Shown in pieces: positions 29,097 to 39,430 of a stretch of DNA of 64,000 nt. Made by a program: the position numbers and the translations under genes. Source of the stretch: Bacilli bacterium (GTDB taxonomy: Bacteria > Bacillota_I > Bacilli_A > RFN20 > CAG-826); assembly GCA_024408565.1 (NCBI GenBank), contig JAKSUW010000002.1, positions 31,993-95,992 of the forward strand, written 5' to 3'. Each line of letters opens with the position of its first letter. The stretch's first letter is position 1. Under the pieces are notes generated by a model that made no database searches, had not been told where the DNA came from, and saw nothing but the letters and a program-made list of their open reading frames with translations.

Positions 29097-29918
29097 ATGG
29101 AACAATTAGTTATTAAAAATCTCCACGTTAAGGTGGACCAAAAAGAGATCCTTAAAGGAGTGAATCTCACCATCAATCAAGGCGATAATGTGGCCTTACT
29201 AGGACCGAATGGTCATGGTAAATCCACTTTATTATTTGCGATTATGGGTCATCCAAAATATATCATCACCAAAGGCTCGATTACTTTTAATAAAAAAGAT
29301 ATTAAGAAATTAAGTGTTGATGAAAGAAGCAAATTAGGTTTATTTTTAGGCTTCCAAAATCCAAGCGAAGTTCCAGGGGTTGTAAATAGCGACTTCTTAA
29401 AGAACATTATGAATGTGCGTCGCGATAAGCCAATGTCCTTATTTACTTTCTATAAGGAATTAGAAAACGCCTATAAAGTAATGGGTATTCCTTTTAGTAT
29501 GGCTAATCGGAATCTTAACGAAGGCTTTTCCGGTGGTGAAAAGAAGCGGAACGAAATTTTACAAATGAATTTACTTAATCCTCGTTTATCAATGTTAGAT
29601 GAAATTGACTCGGGCTTAGATGTTGACGCAATTAACGTGGTTGCCAAGGCAATTAGAGAAAAACACCAAGCGGGGATGAGCTTATTAGTTATCTCCCACT
29701 ACGCGCGACTCTTTAATTTAATTAAACCTAATCGCGCGGTCATTATGGTTAACGGCAAGATTGTCTTAGACGGCAAACCCGATTTAATTAAGCGTATTGA
29801 TAGTGAAGGCTATGAATGGATTAAGAATGAATTAGGAATTGAAATTAATAAAGTTGAAAACAAGACCGTTAGTATCGGTGCTTGTGCGACTAAAGTGGCT
29901 TTACAAGGAAAGAAATAA
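29097..29918 (+). CDS. sufC: Fe-S cluster assembly ATPase SufC
   Basis: LGPNGHGKSTLL, FSGGEKKRNEILQM, typical SufC. 273 aa. Confidence 0.9.
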   Translation: MEQLVIKNLHVKVDQKEILKGVNLTINQGDNVALLGPNGHGKSTLLFAIMGHPKYIITKGSITFNKKDIKKLSVDERSKLGLFLGFQNPSEVPGVVNSDFLKNIMNVRRDKPMSLFTFYKELENAYKVMGIPFSMANRNLNEGFSGGEKKRNEILQMNLLNPRLSMLDEIDSGLDVDAINVVAKAIREKHQAGMSLLVISHYARLFNLIKPNRAVIMVNGKIVLDGKPDLIKRIDSEGYEWIKNELGIEINKVENKTVSIGACATKVALQGKK

Positions 29919-30628
29919 TGAAATTAATCGTTAAAAAGAACGAAGATAAAACTATCACATTAGGGAAAGATATTAAAGATTCTCTCTTTTTAACTGTGGA
30001 AGAAAACGCTAAGTTAGTTTTAAAGTTTGCAGTGTATCAAAAAATGCCCGCTATTAATCTCACGGTTCATTTAAAGAAGAACGCGAATCTTGAAGTGGTG
30101 TACGCAGATTTTTCAAGTGGCAAAAATAAAGTGAGCGCCGCCATTAATCTAGATGAAAGTGGGGCGAACGCTACTTGGCATCTTGCGAGTTTAGCGAGTG
30201 AACAAGACCAAAAAGAATTTAATATTTCTTTTATTCACGAAGCTCCTCATACTCAAGCGGATATGCAAAATTATGGGGTGGCGTTAAACGAAGCCCGTTT
30301 AGTGTTTTCGGGAGTTAATCATATCAAGAATAAAGCGAAGAAAAGTAACACCAATCAAAGCGCGAAAATTATTGTGTTTGATGAAAAAGCGAGTGGTAAA
30401 GCCAATCCCATTTTACGGATTGATGAACATGATGTCTTAGCGAGTCACGCGGCGATTGTTGGTCGCTTAAACGACGATCATTTGTTTTATTTAAAATCGC
30501 GTGGGTTAAGTGAAAAGGAAGCTAAAACTCTGATTGTTTATGGCTATTTAACACCGATTGCAAAGCACTTTGATAAATTAACCCAAACGAAAATAACTCA
30601 TCTTATTGAGGAGAAATGTCATGTTTGA
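29918..30628 (+). CDS. sufD: Fe-S cluster assembly protein SufD (short form)
   Basis: Position between sufC and sufS. C-terminal SufBD beta-helix motif (ILRIDEHDVLASHAAIVGRL). 236 aa. Confidence 0.7.
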   Translation: MKLIVKKNEDKTITLGKDIKDSLFLTVEENAKLVLKFAVYQKMPAINLTVHLKKNANLEVVYADFSSGKNKVSAAINLDESGANATWHLASLASEQDQKEFNISFIHEAPHTQADMQNYGVALNEARLVFSGVNHIKNKAKKSNTNQSAKIIVFDEKASGKANPILRIDEHDVLASHAAIVGRLNDDHLFYLKSRGLSEKEAKTLIVYGYLTPIAKHFDKLTQTKITHLIEEKCHV

Positions 30629-31844
30629 TGTGAAGAAAATTCGTAAAGATTTCCCAATGCTAAAGCAAACGATGCAGCATCATCCGTTAGCCTTCTTTGA
30701 TAACGCTTCTACGACCTTTAAACCACAATGTGTGATTGACGCGATTAATTTATATTACACAAAAGAAACATCAAATTCGCATCGTGGCGACTATGATCTT
30801 TGTTATCACGTTGACCAAGAAATAGATGCAACTCGTCAATTAGTGGCGAAATTTATTCACGCGGATCCAACCGAGATTGTTTTTACTAGTGGCGCTTCAA
30901 TGTCGATTAACTTAGTGGCGTTTGGTTACGCGGCTAAATACCTTAAGAAGAATGACGAGATTTTATTAACTGAAGCTGAACACGCGAGTAACGTTTTACC
31001 TTGGTATAAAGTGGCGCAAATGACGGGAGCGAAAGTTAAATTTATTCCTTTAAATAAAGAAGGTCGTTTAACCTTAGAAAATGTGAAAAAAGTGACTAAC
31101 AAAAAGACAAAGATTATTGCGATTGCCCAAGTGACGAATGTTTTAGGCTATTTAGTGCCGATTAAAGAGATTACTAAATTTGCGCATCACCATGGAATTA
31201 TCGTGGTTTGCGATGGAGCGCAGTCAGTGCCACATCGCTACACGGATGTGAAAGATTTAGATGTCGATTTCTTGTCTTTTTCGGGGCATAAAATGTGTGG
31301 ACCAACCGGCATTGGTGTTTTGTATGGAAAATTTGCTCTTTTAGATAAGACGGATCCCTTAATGACAGGTGGAGGAATGAACTCACGTTTTGATATGTGT
31401 GGGGCAGTGGAATATTTAGCACCGCCAATGAAGTTTGAAGCAGGAACACTTAACATCGCGGGTATCTATGGCTTAAAAGCAGCCGTCACTTATCTAATGA
31501 AACTTGGCATGAAGAATATTGAAAAATATGAATCAACACTAAGACAATATTTATTAACTCAATTGAAGAAAATGCCGGACATTATTATTTATAATGAGCA
31601 TGCGGAGTCAGGCATTATTACGATTAATAAAACTAAAGTGTTTGCTCAAGATGAAGCGACATATTTAAATAGCCAAGGTATCGCGGCGCGGAGTGGACAA
31701 CATTGCGCGAAGATCTTAAATAAATTTTTAAATACACCGGCAACGATTCGTTTATCACTTTATTTTTATAACACCAAAGAAGAATGCGATCGCTTAATTA
31801 AAGCACTTAAGAAAGGAGATTATTTAGATGCCTATTTCGCTTGA
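30621..31844 (+). CDS. sufS: Cysteine desulfurase SufS
   Basis: Class II aminotransferase fold: FFDNASTTFKP, PLP-lysine region SFSGHKMCGPTGIGVLY, active-site Cys in RSGQHCA. Start at internal MFDVKKIRKDFPML. Confidence 0.85.
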   Translation: MFDVKKIRKDFPMLKQTMQHHPLAFFDNASTTFKPQCVIDAINLYYTKETSNSHRGDYDLCYHVDQEIDATRQLVAKFIHADPTEIVFTSGASMSINLVAFGYAAKYLKKNDEILLTEAEHASNVLPWYKVAQMTGAKVKFIPLNKEGRLTLENVKKVTNKKTKIIAIAQVTNVLGYLVPIKEITKFAHHHGIIVVCDGAQSVPHRYTDVKDLDVDFLSFSGHKMCGPTGIGVLYGKFALLDKTDPLMTGGGMNSRFDMCGAVEYLAPPMKFEAGTLNIAGIYGLKAAVTYLMKLGMKNIEKYESTLRQYLLTQLKKMPDIIIYNEHAESGIITINKTKVFAQDEATYLNSQGIAARSGQHCAKILNKFLNTPATIRLSLYFYNTKEECDRLIKALKKGDYLDAYFA

Positions 31845-32268
31845 CGCTAATATGATGCGGGCCATCATTATGGACCACTACCAAAACCCGCAACACAAGA
31901 AAACACCCAAGAGTGGTTATTTAAGTATTCATAGTAAATCCGAAAACTGTATTGATGATATTAATGTTTACTTAAAAGTAAATAAAGGCATTGTAGTAGA
32001 CGCTCTTTGGGACGGAATTGCTTGCACGATTTCAACTGCGAGCACTGATATCTTATGTGAATTAGTGATAAAGAAAAAAGAAGCGGACGCGAAAAAGATT
32101 ATTCGTGAATATTTTAAGATGATTAAAGAAGAAAAATTTGATGAGGATTTATTAGGCGAAGCCATTGCCTTTATTAATACCGCTAAACAAGCTGCCCGAA
32201 TCAAATGTGCAACCATTGGCGCCCACGCCCTTGAGGATTTATTAGATCATAAACATGAAAAAAAGTAA
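31828..32268 (+). CDS. sufU: Zinc-dependent sulfur transferase SufU
   Basis: HYQNPQHKK...SENCIDDI...[11 protein letters not shown]...[10 protein letters not shown] carries the three conserved Cys and the Asp of SufU. GGAG RBS. Confidence 0.75.
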   Translation: MPISLDANMMRAIIMDHYQNPQHKKTPKSGYLSIHSKSENCIDDINVYLKVNKGIVVDALWDGIACTISTASTDILCELVIKKKEADAKKIIREYFKMIKEEKFDEDLLGEAIAFINTAKQAARIKCATIGAHALEDLLDHKHEKK

Positions 32269-33655
32269 GTTAAATCTCACACGTGAATATAAATACGGTT
32301 TTAAAGATCAAGATACCGCTGTTTTTAAAACGCCTAAAGGTTTAAATGAAAAAATTATTCGCGAAATCTCGCGATTAAAACACGAACCACAATGGATGTT
32401 AGACTTCCGTTTAAAGTCTTACCAAGCGTTTAAGCGTCTGCCTTTGCCAAAGTTTGGCCCTGATTTATCAAAACTAGATTTTGCCTCTTATACTTACTTT
32501 ATTCGTCCCAGTGATAAAGTTGAAAGAAAATGGGAAGATGTCCCAGAAACGATTCGGAATACTTTTAAAAAGATCGGGATTCCCGAAGCGGAACAAAAAT
32601 ATTTGGCGGGTGTCACCACGCAATACGATAGTGAAGCGGTTTACCATAATATGCTTAAAGAAGTTGAAGATAAAGGTGTCATCTTTTTATCAACGGACCA
32701 AGCGTTACAAATGTGTCCGGAGATTATGAAGAAATACTTTAATACGGTAGTGCCTTATACCGATAATAAATTCGCCGCCCTTAATGGTGCAGTGTGGTCC
32801 GGTGGTTCGTTTATCTATGTACCAAAAGGTGTGAAATTAGAAAAACCATTACAATCTTATTTCCGTATTAACAATGAGAAATCAGGACAATTTGAACGGA
32901 CGCTTATTATCGTGGATGAAGGAGCGGATGTTCATTATATTGAAGGCTGTACCGCGCCGATTTATAGTAAAGATTCATTACACGCAGCGGTCGTCGAAAT
33001 TGTCGTTTTAAAAAACGCGAAATGTCGTTACTCAACCGTTCAAAACTGGTCCACCAATATTGTGAACTTAGTCACGAAACGGGCGAGTGTCTTTGAAAAC
33101 GGTAGTATGGAATGGATTGATGGTAACATCGGTTCATTAGTGAATATGAAATACCCGGCTTGTATCTTAAAAGAGCAAGGTGCGAGCGGTACTTGTATTT
33201 CAATTGCCGTGGCGGGTAAAGGTCAATACCAAGACGCGGGTGCCAGGATGATTCATTTAGCACCTAACACGCACTCAACCATTATTTCTAAATCAGTGGT
33301 GAGTGGAGGTGGTGTCGCTAATTACCGCGGCACGGTTCGTCACCACAAAAACGCGATTAATTCACGGAGTCACGTCGAATGTGACACTTTAATTTTGGAT
33401 GAAATATCTAAGAGTGACACGATTCCCAATAACGAAGTATTAAATAACGAAAGTTTTATCGAGCACGAAGCGACGGTGAGCAAGATTAACGAAGATCAAC
33501 TCTTCTATTTAATGAGTAAAGGAATGAGTAAAAAAGATGCGACCCAATTAATTATCATGGGCTTCATTGCCCCGTTCTCAAGAGAACTCCCGATGGAGTA
33601 CGCGGTAGAGTTAAATCAATTAATTAAATTAGATATGTCAGATAGTATCGGTTAA
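32255..33655 (+). CDS. sufB: Fe-S cluster assembly protein SufB
   Basis: 466 aa. SufB-type beta-helix with conserved ...[18 protein letters not shown]. Confidence 0.9.
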   Translation: MKKSKLNLTREYKYGFKDQDTAVFKTPKGLNEKIIREISRLKHEPQWMLDFRLKSYQAFKRLPLPKFGPDLSKLDFASYTYFIRPSDKVERKWEDVPETIRNTFKKIGIPEAEQKYLAGVTTQYDSEAVYHNMLKEVEDKGVIFLSTDQALQMCPEIMKKYFNTVVPYTDNKFAALNGAVWSGGSFIYVPKGVKLEKPLQSYFRINNEKSGQFERTLIIVDEGADVHYIEGCTAPIYSKDSLHAAVVEIVVLKNAKCRYSTVQNWSTNIVNLVTKRASVFENGSMEWIDGNIGSLVNMKYPACILKEQGASGTCISIAVAGKGQYQDAGARMIHLAPNTHSTIISKSVVSGGGVANYRGTVRHHKNAINSRSHVECDTLILDEISKSDTIPNNEVLNNESFIEHEATVSKINEDQLFYLMSKGMSKKDATQLIIMGFIAPFSRELPMEYAVELNQLIKLDMSDSIG

Positions 33656-33888
33656 TCGCGACTCATCCGGTTTTCTTCTTTCTTTTTCTTATCATGTAAA
33701 CGCATCTGATAGAAGATAAAACACACGAGATCAATTAAACCTAAACAAAAAATAATGACTCCAGCGGCCATCAAAGGAAAACTCGCTGAATGAGCTTTAC
33801 CTAAACTCGCGCCGGTCACAAATAAAATAAGTCCGAGCAGGAGCAAGATAATCGTAGAGTAGAGTAAGGCTTGACGAATTTTATTCAC
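33652..33888 (-). CDS. Hypothetical small membrane protein (2 TM)
   Basis: 78 aa, two hydrophobic helices, K/E-rich tail. No recognisable family. Confidence 0.35.
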   Translation of the reverse strand: MNKIRQALLYSTIILLLLGLILFVTGASLGKAHSASFPLMAAGVIIFCLGLIDLVCFIFYQMRLHDKKKKEENRMSRD

Positions 33889-33931
33889 GAATTAATTATA
33901 ACAAAGATATAATTAAATAAAGAGGAACTAT

Positions 33932-34531
33932 ATGAATAAAATCTTTCATTACTTAAAGGCATGGTATTGTCTTTTTCCGTTGATGCTTGTCACACTAGTG
34001 GCAAACTTCGTTGGTTTTGTGATCCGTTGTCAAGAAAGCGGATTTCTCACTAGTGCGTTTTTAGAATTTCTCATTCTCGCAACTCTCTATGTGGTATTAG
34101 GTTACGCTTTAATTAAAAATCATTGGCGACTCTTTGCCGCTTTGGTGTTAGTTATCTTTGCAGTTGATTCGTTAGAATTCTGGAAAGAATCAGCCAATGA
34201 ACTAGTCGCGATTATTCAAGAGACAGAAATCGAACATTATGGTTTACAAGTTACCGGCTTTACTTTGCAACTTTTAGCCTCTTTATTAACTGTCTTTGCT
34301 TTAGTAGTTTATATTCTTGAGATTTACACTAACTACGAAAACGAATCGCTTTTTACTTGGGGCAAAAGCGCTCATTGTCTGGCCGCCCTCATTTGTATTT
34401 TAGTGTTTGTGGTGCGAGCGATTTGGTCAGGCATTGTTCATGAAGCGTTCGCAGATCTTCCTTATACGGTTGCCTATACCTTCGCTCCGTTAACGGTCTT
34501 ATCACTTTCTTTAAACGTTCAAGAAGAATAA
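33932..34531 (+). CDS. Hypothetical polytopic membrane protein (~5 TM)
   Basis: 199 aa. Hydrophobic segments throughout. No recognisable motif. Confidence 0.45.
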   Translation: MNKIFHYLKAWYCLFPLMLVTLVANFVGFVIRCQESGFLTSAFLEFLILATLYVVLGYALIKNHWRLFAALVLVIFAVDSLEFWKESANELVAIIQETEIEHYGLQVTGFTLQLLASLLTVFALVVYILEIYTNYENESLFTWGKSAHCLAALICILVFVVRAIWSGIVHEAFADLPYTVAYTFAPLTVLSLSLNVQEE

Positions 34532-34558
34532 TTCTTCTTTTTATAGTAAAATATCAAT

Positions 34559-37500
34559 ATGAAAAAATATTTTACTTTATTAGGCGCTTTAACTGTTGCG
34601 GGCGTCTTAGTTTTGTCTTCGTGCGGTCATAACCCACGGCAACCAGCAACACCGGTGATTGAGGATGAGAAAGAACCGGAATTTGCTGATTATGTTTATT
34701 TAAGTGATCTACAACCATCAAAAGTTGTTAGTGGTAGTGATAAACATAACTTCTTAGGCGTTGATGCTGGATTAACTGCAACCGGCGGTACCCACCAATT
34801 AGCCTTATTAACGGATAAAGAAAATAATATTGCCACTGTCTATCAAAAAGGTATTATTCTCCATGCGGGTAAAGACGCTCAAGTTGTTTACAATATCACT
34901 AATATGGGCGCAACTCGTTTAACGGGTATCTTTGGTATTAACGCGAATGTTAGTGACACTAGTAGTGCGGCTAAATTAAAAATTGTTGTAGATAATGAAA
35001 CCCTATATGAAAGTCCGCGAGCACTAACTCCACTTGATTTAGCGATCAATGTTGCGGTTACTATTCCAGTAGATGCGAAAGAGTTAACAATTATGATGAT
35101 TGATGATGGGAATCACGCGGATAGCCACGCAATCTTCGCGACTCCTCGGCTGTATGCGAATTATTATGATCTTGACGCCTACGAAATTAATAAAGATACA
35201 GTTACTGATTATCGTGGTGTCCACCGTAACTCCACTCCATCTGCTCAATTAAAACTTGAGACTGTTTATAAAGCGAATTTTAATAACGACAATTACTATC
35301 CGATTAGTCGTCGTTTCCAACACGGTTTTGGCTTACATACCTTTGATAAAGATGAAGCAGGAACAGAAGATAAAGGTACTAGTTCATACACTATCAATCT
35401 ACCAAACACTGGTACGGCTAATCGTCGCTTCACTGCCTTCTTTGGCAATTCCAGTGATCAAAGTACCGACAGTAATCCAACCTTAAAATTTGAAGTAACT
35501 GAAAATGAGGCTTCTAGTTTTTCAACAACAAAAAATTTAAAAGACCCAGCAATTAATATTAAAAAAGGAAGCTTTATTGATATTGCATTAAAACCAAATA
35601 CTACCTCTTTAACTTTCAAAACTACCGGGGTGGACGAAAAAGGAAAATCAGGCAGTTCATGTCATCCAGTATTAGTAATGCCAAGAGTATATGTCCCTGA
35701 TTTCGATCTTAGTAAACCATATCAATTTGATTTAAATGCGGCCTCTCCATATCTTAAACCTGGTGAATCGTTAAATTATCAAGCGCTTTATAAAGATTAT
35801 AAGGGCAATGTGCATGATATTTCTAATGATGATGATCTAAAAATTTATTTAACAGAAGAGGCAAAACCATCATTTATTGTTAGTGGTAAAGATGTTATTG
35901 CTTTAGACATAGGAGGGCAAGAGCAAGGCAAAGGTGAGTTAAACTTCGAATATCAAGGCGTGAGTCAAATTGTCGGGATATTAACTAATGATGATGGTTT
36001 AGAGCGCACATCATTAGTGTCGCCTGATGGTAGTAACACCATTACAGTGGAATTAGTTGATGGTGCACCTTACTATTCAATCACCCATGGACAAGAAGCG
36101 ATTGTCCGGGCTTCGCCACTCGGTTTTAAAGCTGTAGTTAATAAAACAGATGCTGAGACTTTTGATTTTACAGAAGGATTATCACTACAAAGTAAGACGA
36201 CCGCTCAACATATTCATGAAACATACTCAATGGTAAGTGGTAAATATAGTGAATACATTAATGACTATAATACACAAGATGTAACATTTAAAAACGCCAA
36301 AGGGAAATCTATTACTATTGAATTAAGAGCCTATAACGATGGTTGTGCTTTCCGTTATTCGTTTGGTGATGGTGTCACCGCCTTTACCTTCAATAATGGT
36401 GAAGCCACCGAAATGCATTTAGATCCTAATAGCCTACTTTATTTCCAACAATCGCGAAACTTCCATAAATATAGTGGTTCACACGAAGAAATTTATTATG
36501 TTGAACGTAATCCCGCTCCTTATCCAGATTGGGATGGCACATATGTTGATAGTGGTACGAAACCTCAAGAGTCAGGACAAATGAATGTTCCGGCTGGTAT
36601 TCAAATAAACGGTATGTTAATGCCCTTCTTATTTAAGACGGTTAACAACACGAGCGTAGTAATGAGCGAAGCGGGTTTAGATGGTTCTTATGCTGGTTCA
36701 ATGGTTAATCGAATCTATTCGACTGATAATTGTTCGGCGTATAAAATTAATGTTCCACCTCAAGATTATTATCACTATATGAATACAGAGCCTGGCTATC
36801 AACGTGCGCACTATAATTTCACGTCGCCTTGGCGGGCCTTTGTGATTGGCACAGAAAAGACGATGGTCGAAACCACAATGATTGAAAATTTAGCGCCAGC
36901 CCAAGATATGACGACTGATTTCTCTTGGGTGAAACCAGGAGTTACTTCTTGGAGTTGGATGAGCGGAGTAAATACTTCGCCTGATGCTCAAGAATATCAA
37001 GGGCGCGAAGATGTTATTCGCAATCAAATCGATTTAGCTGCGCGGATGGGCTGGAAATATTACATTCTTGATGAAGGTTGGCCTAACCGTGTTACGACTG
37101 AAGAAGCAATACAACGAGGCTATGTTAGTGAATATGCCGACCACTTCCCCGGGAAGTTCCCAATCCCCGGTCCAGAAGGATTCCGCGATTATACACCAGA
37201 AGTAATGGCGTACGCGAAAAGTAAAGGCATTGGTTTAATTGCCTGGATTCATGTTGGTCAATTTAATGATCCAACTAATAACTATGAACAAATGGAAAAA
37301 TTAATTTCTAGTCTTAAGGATGTGGGCTTTGTTGGTGTGAAAGCTGACTTCTTTGATAGTGAAAGTCAATTCACGATTGATCTCGAAAATCGCTTATACG
37401 AATGTTTATTAAAACATAAAATGATTGCCAATCTTCACGGGGCGAATAAGCCGACTGGTGAACGTCGTCATTATCAAAACGTCATTAACCGCGAAGGCGT

Positions 37501-38080
37501 TTGGGGTGAAGAGACGAACCATATTTATACCGAGAATTCCGCTTGCCAAGTTTATATTCGCGCTTTAACTGGTCCGACTGATTTCACTCCTTATATTTAT
37601 CCGGCGAGTCGGAGTGATACCACGATGGGACAACAATTAGCGTATCCAGTCGCCTTTGAATCAGGGTTAACCTGTTTTGCAAGCTCAATTGAAGAATTCG
37701 ATGGCCTTGATGATAATCTCAAAGATTACTATTATGCTTATCCTACAGTTTGGGCGAACACTCATTATTTAAGCGGCAATGTAAACGAAGGTTTAACCGT
37801 CGCAAGAGAGAGCCGCGATGGTCGCTATTATGTTGGCGGCTTTAATAGCTACGCGAAAAACGAAATAATTAAACTTGATTTCTTAGACCCGAATAAAACC
37901 TATGAGGCTAAGATTTACACCGATGGGGCGAACACTCGCTCGGTCCACTATAACACTGTAAAAGTGCGCTATGGAGAAGGGATTAGCATTCATATGAACC
38001 ATAATGGTGGATTTGCTATTAAACTAACACCTGTCCATAACGACAGCATCCAAAACGCCCAATTAGCGTTCCTTAACTAA
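34559..38080 (+). CDS. Large surface lipoprotein: N-terminal NPCBM-like carbohydrate-binding module + clan GH-D (GH27/GH36/GH97-like) alpha-glycosidase TIM barrel
   Basis: Lipobox LVLSSCGHN. YVYLSDLQPSKVVSG... fits the NPCBM start motif. TIM-barrel strand motifs VTSWSWMSG, GWKYYILDEGW (GH27 IDDCW-like) and GFVGVKADFFDS (KxD nucleophile region). 1173 aa. Confidence 0.55.
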   Translation: MKKYFTLLGALTVAGVLVLSSCGHNPRQPATPVIEDEKEPEFADYVYLSDLQPSKVVSGSDKHNFLGVDAGLTATGGTHQLALLTDKENNIATVYQKGIILHAGKDAQVVYNITNMGATRLTGIFGINANVSDTSSAAKLKIVVDNETLYESPRALTPLDLAINVAVTIPVDAKELTIMMIDDGNHADSHAIFATPRLYANYYDLDAYEINKDTVTDYRGVHRNSTPSAQLKLETVYKANFNNDNYYPISRRFQHGFGLHTFDKDEAGTEDKGTSSYTINLPNTGTANRRFTAFFGNSSDQSTDSNPTLKFEVTENEASSFSTTKNLKDPAINIKKGSFIDIALKPNTTSLTFKTTGVDEKGKSGSSCHPVLVMPRVYVPDFDLSKPYQFDLNAASPYLKPGESLNYQALYKDYKGNVHDISNDDDLKIYLTEEAKPSFIVSGKDVIALDIGGQEQGKGELNFEYQGVSQIVGILTNDDGLERTSLVSPDGSNTITVELVDGAPYYSITHGQEAIVRASPLGFKAVVNKTDAETFDFTEGLSLQSKTTAQHIHETYSMVSGKYSEYINDYNTQDVTFKNAKGKSITIELRAYNDGCAFRYSFGDGVTAFTFNNGEATEMHLDPNSLLYFQQSRNFHKYSGSHEEIYYVERNPAPYPDWDGTYVDSGTKPQESGQMNVPAGIQINGMLMPFLFKTVNNTSVVMSEAGLDGSYAGSMVNRIYSTDNCSAYKINVPPQDYYHYMNTEPGYQRAHYNFTSPWRAFVIGTEKTMVETTMIENLAPAQDMTTDFSWVKPGVTSWSWMSGVNTSPDAQEYQGREDVIRNQIDLAARMGWKYYILDEGWPNRVTTEEAIQRGYVSEYADHFPGKFPIPGPEGFRDYTPEVMAYAKSKGIGLIAWIHVGQFNDPTNNYEQMEKLISSLKDVGFVGVKADFFDSESQFTIDLENRLYECLLKHKMIANLHGANKPTGERRHYQNVINREGVWGEETNHIYTENSACQVYIRALTGPTDFTPYIYPASRSDTTMGQQLAYPVAFESGLTCFASSIEEFDGLDDNLKDYYYAYPTVWANTHYLSGNVNEGLTVARESRDGRYYVGGFNSYAKNEIIKLDFLDPNKTYEAKIYTDGANTRSVHYNTVKVRYGEGISIHMNHNGGFAIKLTPVHNDSIQNAQLAFLN

Positions 38081-38082
38081 AT

Positions 38083-38155
38083 TTTATATTTATGAATAAA
38101 TATAGATAAATATTCGCGTCTTTTTGGCCTCCTTTACGTATATATAAATAGGAGG
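38083..38155 (+). repeat. Copy 2 of the ~75-nt intergenic repeat
   Basis: TTTATATTTATGAATAAATATAGATAAATATTCGCGTC + TTTTTGGCCTCCTTTACGTATATATAAATAGGAGG. The 3' half aligns with the reverse complement of copy 3. CCTCCT/AGGAGG can pair as a hairpin. Confidence 0.6.
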
Positions 38156-38196
38156 TCAGTAAAAAAGTTTAGTTATTACCTATTCACATTTATGTT

Positions 38197-38225
38197 TTGC
38201 GAATTAATAACCATTGTTATATAAT
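38197..38225 (+). promoter_or_regulatory. Putative sigma-A promoter of rpsF-ssb-rpsR (TTGCGA-17-TATAAT)
   Basis: Hexamers read in the sequence ~85 nt upstream of the rpsF ATG. Confidence 0.5.
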
Positions 38226-38310
38226 CTACTCACGCAATTAAAAGTTAGTTGCTCGCTCTCTTGCTATTAATAAATATTAATAATAGCCAGATGTCCAAAG
38301 GAGGGAAAGT

Positions 38311-38601
38311 ATGAAAAAGTACGAGATTATGTACATCTTAAAGGCAGATCTTGATGACGCTGCCCGCAAGAAAGAAGTTAGCAAACTTCACGAAATTCTA
38401 ACGAAAAACGGAGCGAAAATCACGAAGGTTGACGAGTGGGGAGTCAAAGACTTTGCCTACGAAATCAAAGACCAAAAGAAAGGTTACTACGTGGTGTTAA
38501 AAGTCTTAACTGACGCTGCCGTTTTAAATGAATTTTCTCGGTTAGTTCGCATTGATGAACATGTGATTCGTTATCTAATTACTGTTGCACACGGTAATTA
38601 A
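38311..38601 (+). CDS. rpsF: 30S ribosomal protein S6
   Basis: MKKYEIMYILKADLDD...GVKDFAYEI, 96 aa. RBS AAAGGAGGG. Confidence 0.9.
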   Translation: MKKYEIMYILKADLDDAARKKEVSKLHEILTKNGAKITKVDEWGVKDFAYEIKDQKKGYYVVLKVLTDAAVLNEFSRLVRIDEHVIRYLITVAHGN

Positions 38602-38621
38602 AAGCAATGGAGGAAAATTCA

Positions 38622-39047
38622 ATGATTAATCGTGTAGTTTTAGTGGGTCGCTTAACGCGTGACCCGGAACTCAGAAAAACTAATAGCGACGTGGCCGTCG
38701 CTTCGTTTACGCTTGCGGTCGATGACCGGAGCAAAAACGCGGAAGGGAAACAAAATACCAATTTTATTCCCGTCACCGTTTGGCGTGAACAAGCCACGAA
38801 CGTTTGTAAGTTTGTCCGGAAAGGTTCACTCGTCGGAGTGGATGGACGGATTGTCCAACGGAGTTTTGAAAGAAAAGACGGCACTAAAGCCTCAGCCTTA
38901 GAAGTCGTCGCGGATTCGGTGAAATTCTTAGAGCCAAAAGGCGCGAAGAATAACGCGGAAGCCCCGAAAGATGACATCAACCAAGTCGAACCCGAAGAGA
39001 AAGAAATGAAGGGTGTCGACATTGTCGATGATGATTTACCTTTCTAA
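38622..39047 (+). CDS. ssb: Single-stranded DNA-binding protein
   Basis: MINRVVLVGRLTRDPELR OB fold. Acidic C-terminal tail DDDLPF. Confidence 0.9.
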   Translation: MINRVVLVGRLTRDPELRKTNSDVAVASFTLAVDDRSKNAEGKQNTNFIPVTVWREQATNVCKFVRKGSLVGVDGRIVQRSFERKDGTKASALEVVADSVKFLEPKGAKNNAEAPKDDINQVEPEEKEMKGVDIVDDDLPF

Positions 39048-39070
39048 ATTAAATTAAGGAGAATGTACAT

Positions 39071-39298
39071 ATGGGATTTAAGAAAATTAGACCACATAAG
39101 AAATCATGCTACTTTAAGAAGAACCACATCACCTTTATCGATTATAAAGACGTGGATCTCTTACAAAGATTTATTATGCCAAACGGGAAGATTATGCCTA
39201 GCTACATGTCAGGCACTTCCGCGAAGTATCAACGCCAACTCGCTAAGGCGATTAAGAATGCGCGTTATATGGGTTTATTACCTTACTTAGCGGACTAA
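39071..39298 (+). CDS. rpsR: 30S ribosomal protein S18
   Basis: [26 protein letters not shown]...[25 protein letters not shown], 75 aa. Confidence 0.9.
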   Translation: MGFKKIRPHKKSCYFKKNHITFIDYKDVDLLQRFIMPNGKIMPSYMSGTSAKYQRQLAKAIKNARYMGLLPYLAD

Positions 39299-39317
39299 TT
39301 AAACGGCAAAACGAAAA

Positions 39318-39346
39318 ATAGTCTACTTCAGTAGGCTATTTTTTTA
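39318..39346 (+). terminator. Rho-independent terminator after rpsR
   Basis: 9-bp stem ATAGTCTAC/GTAGGCTAT (one G-U), loop TTCA, followed by TTTTTTT. Confidence 0.7.
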
Positions 39347-39430
39347 TGCGTTTAATGCGGTAATAACGCTATATCTTTGTTTTCTTTTTACTAAAAAGAA
39401 ATACTAGGGTATAATAGCAATTACCCCCTT

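Noticed and set aside
38579-39290. ORFs 38579..39022 (-), 38659..38901 (+) and 39063..39290 (+)
   Set aside because: Off-frame or antisense to ssb and rpsR, which are unambiguous.
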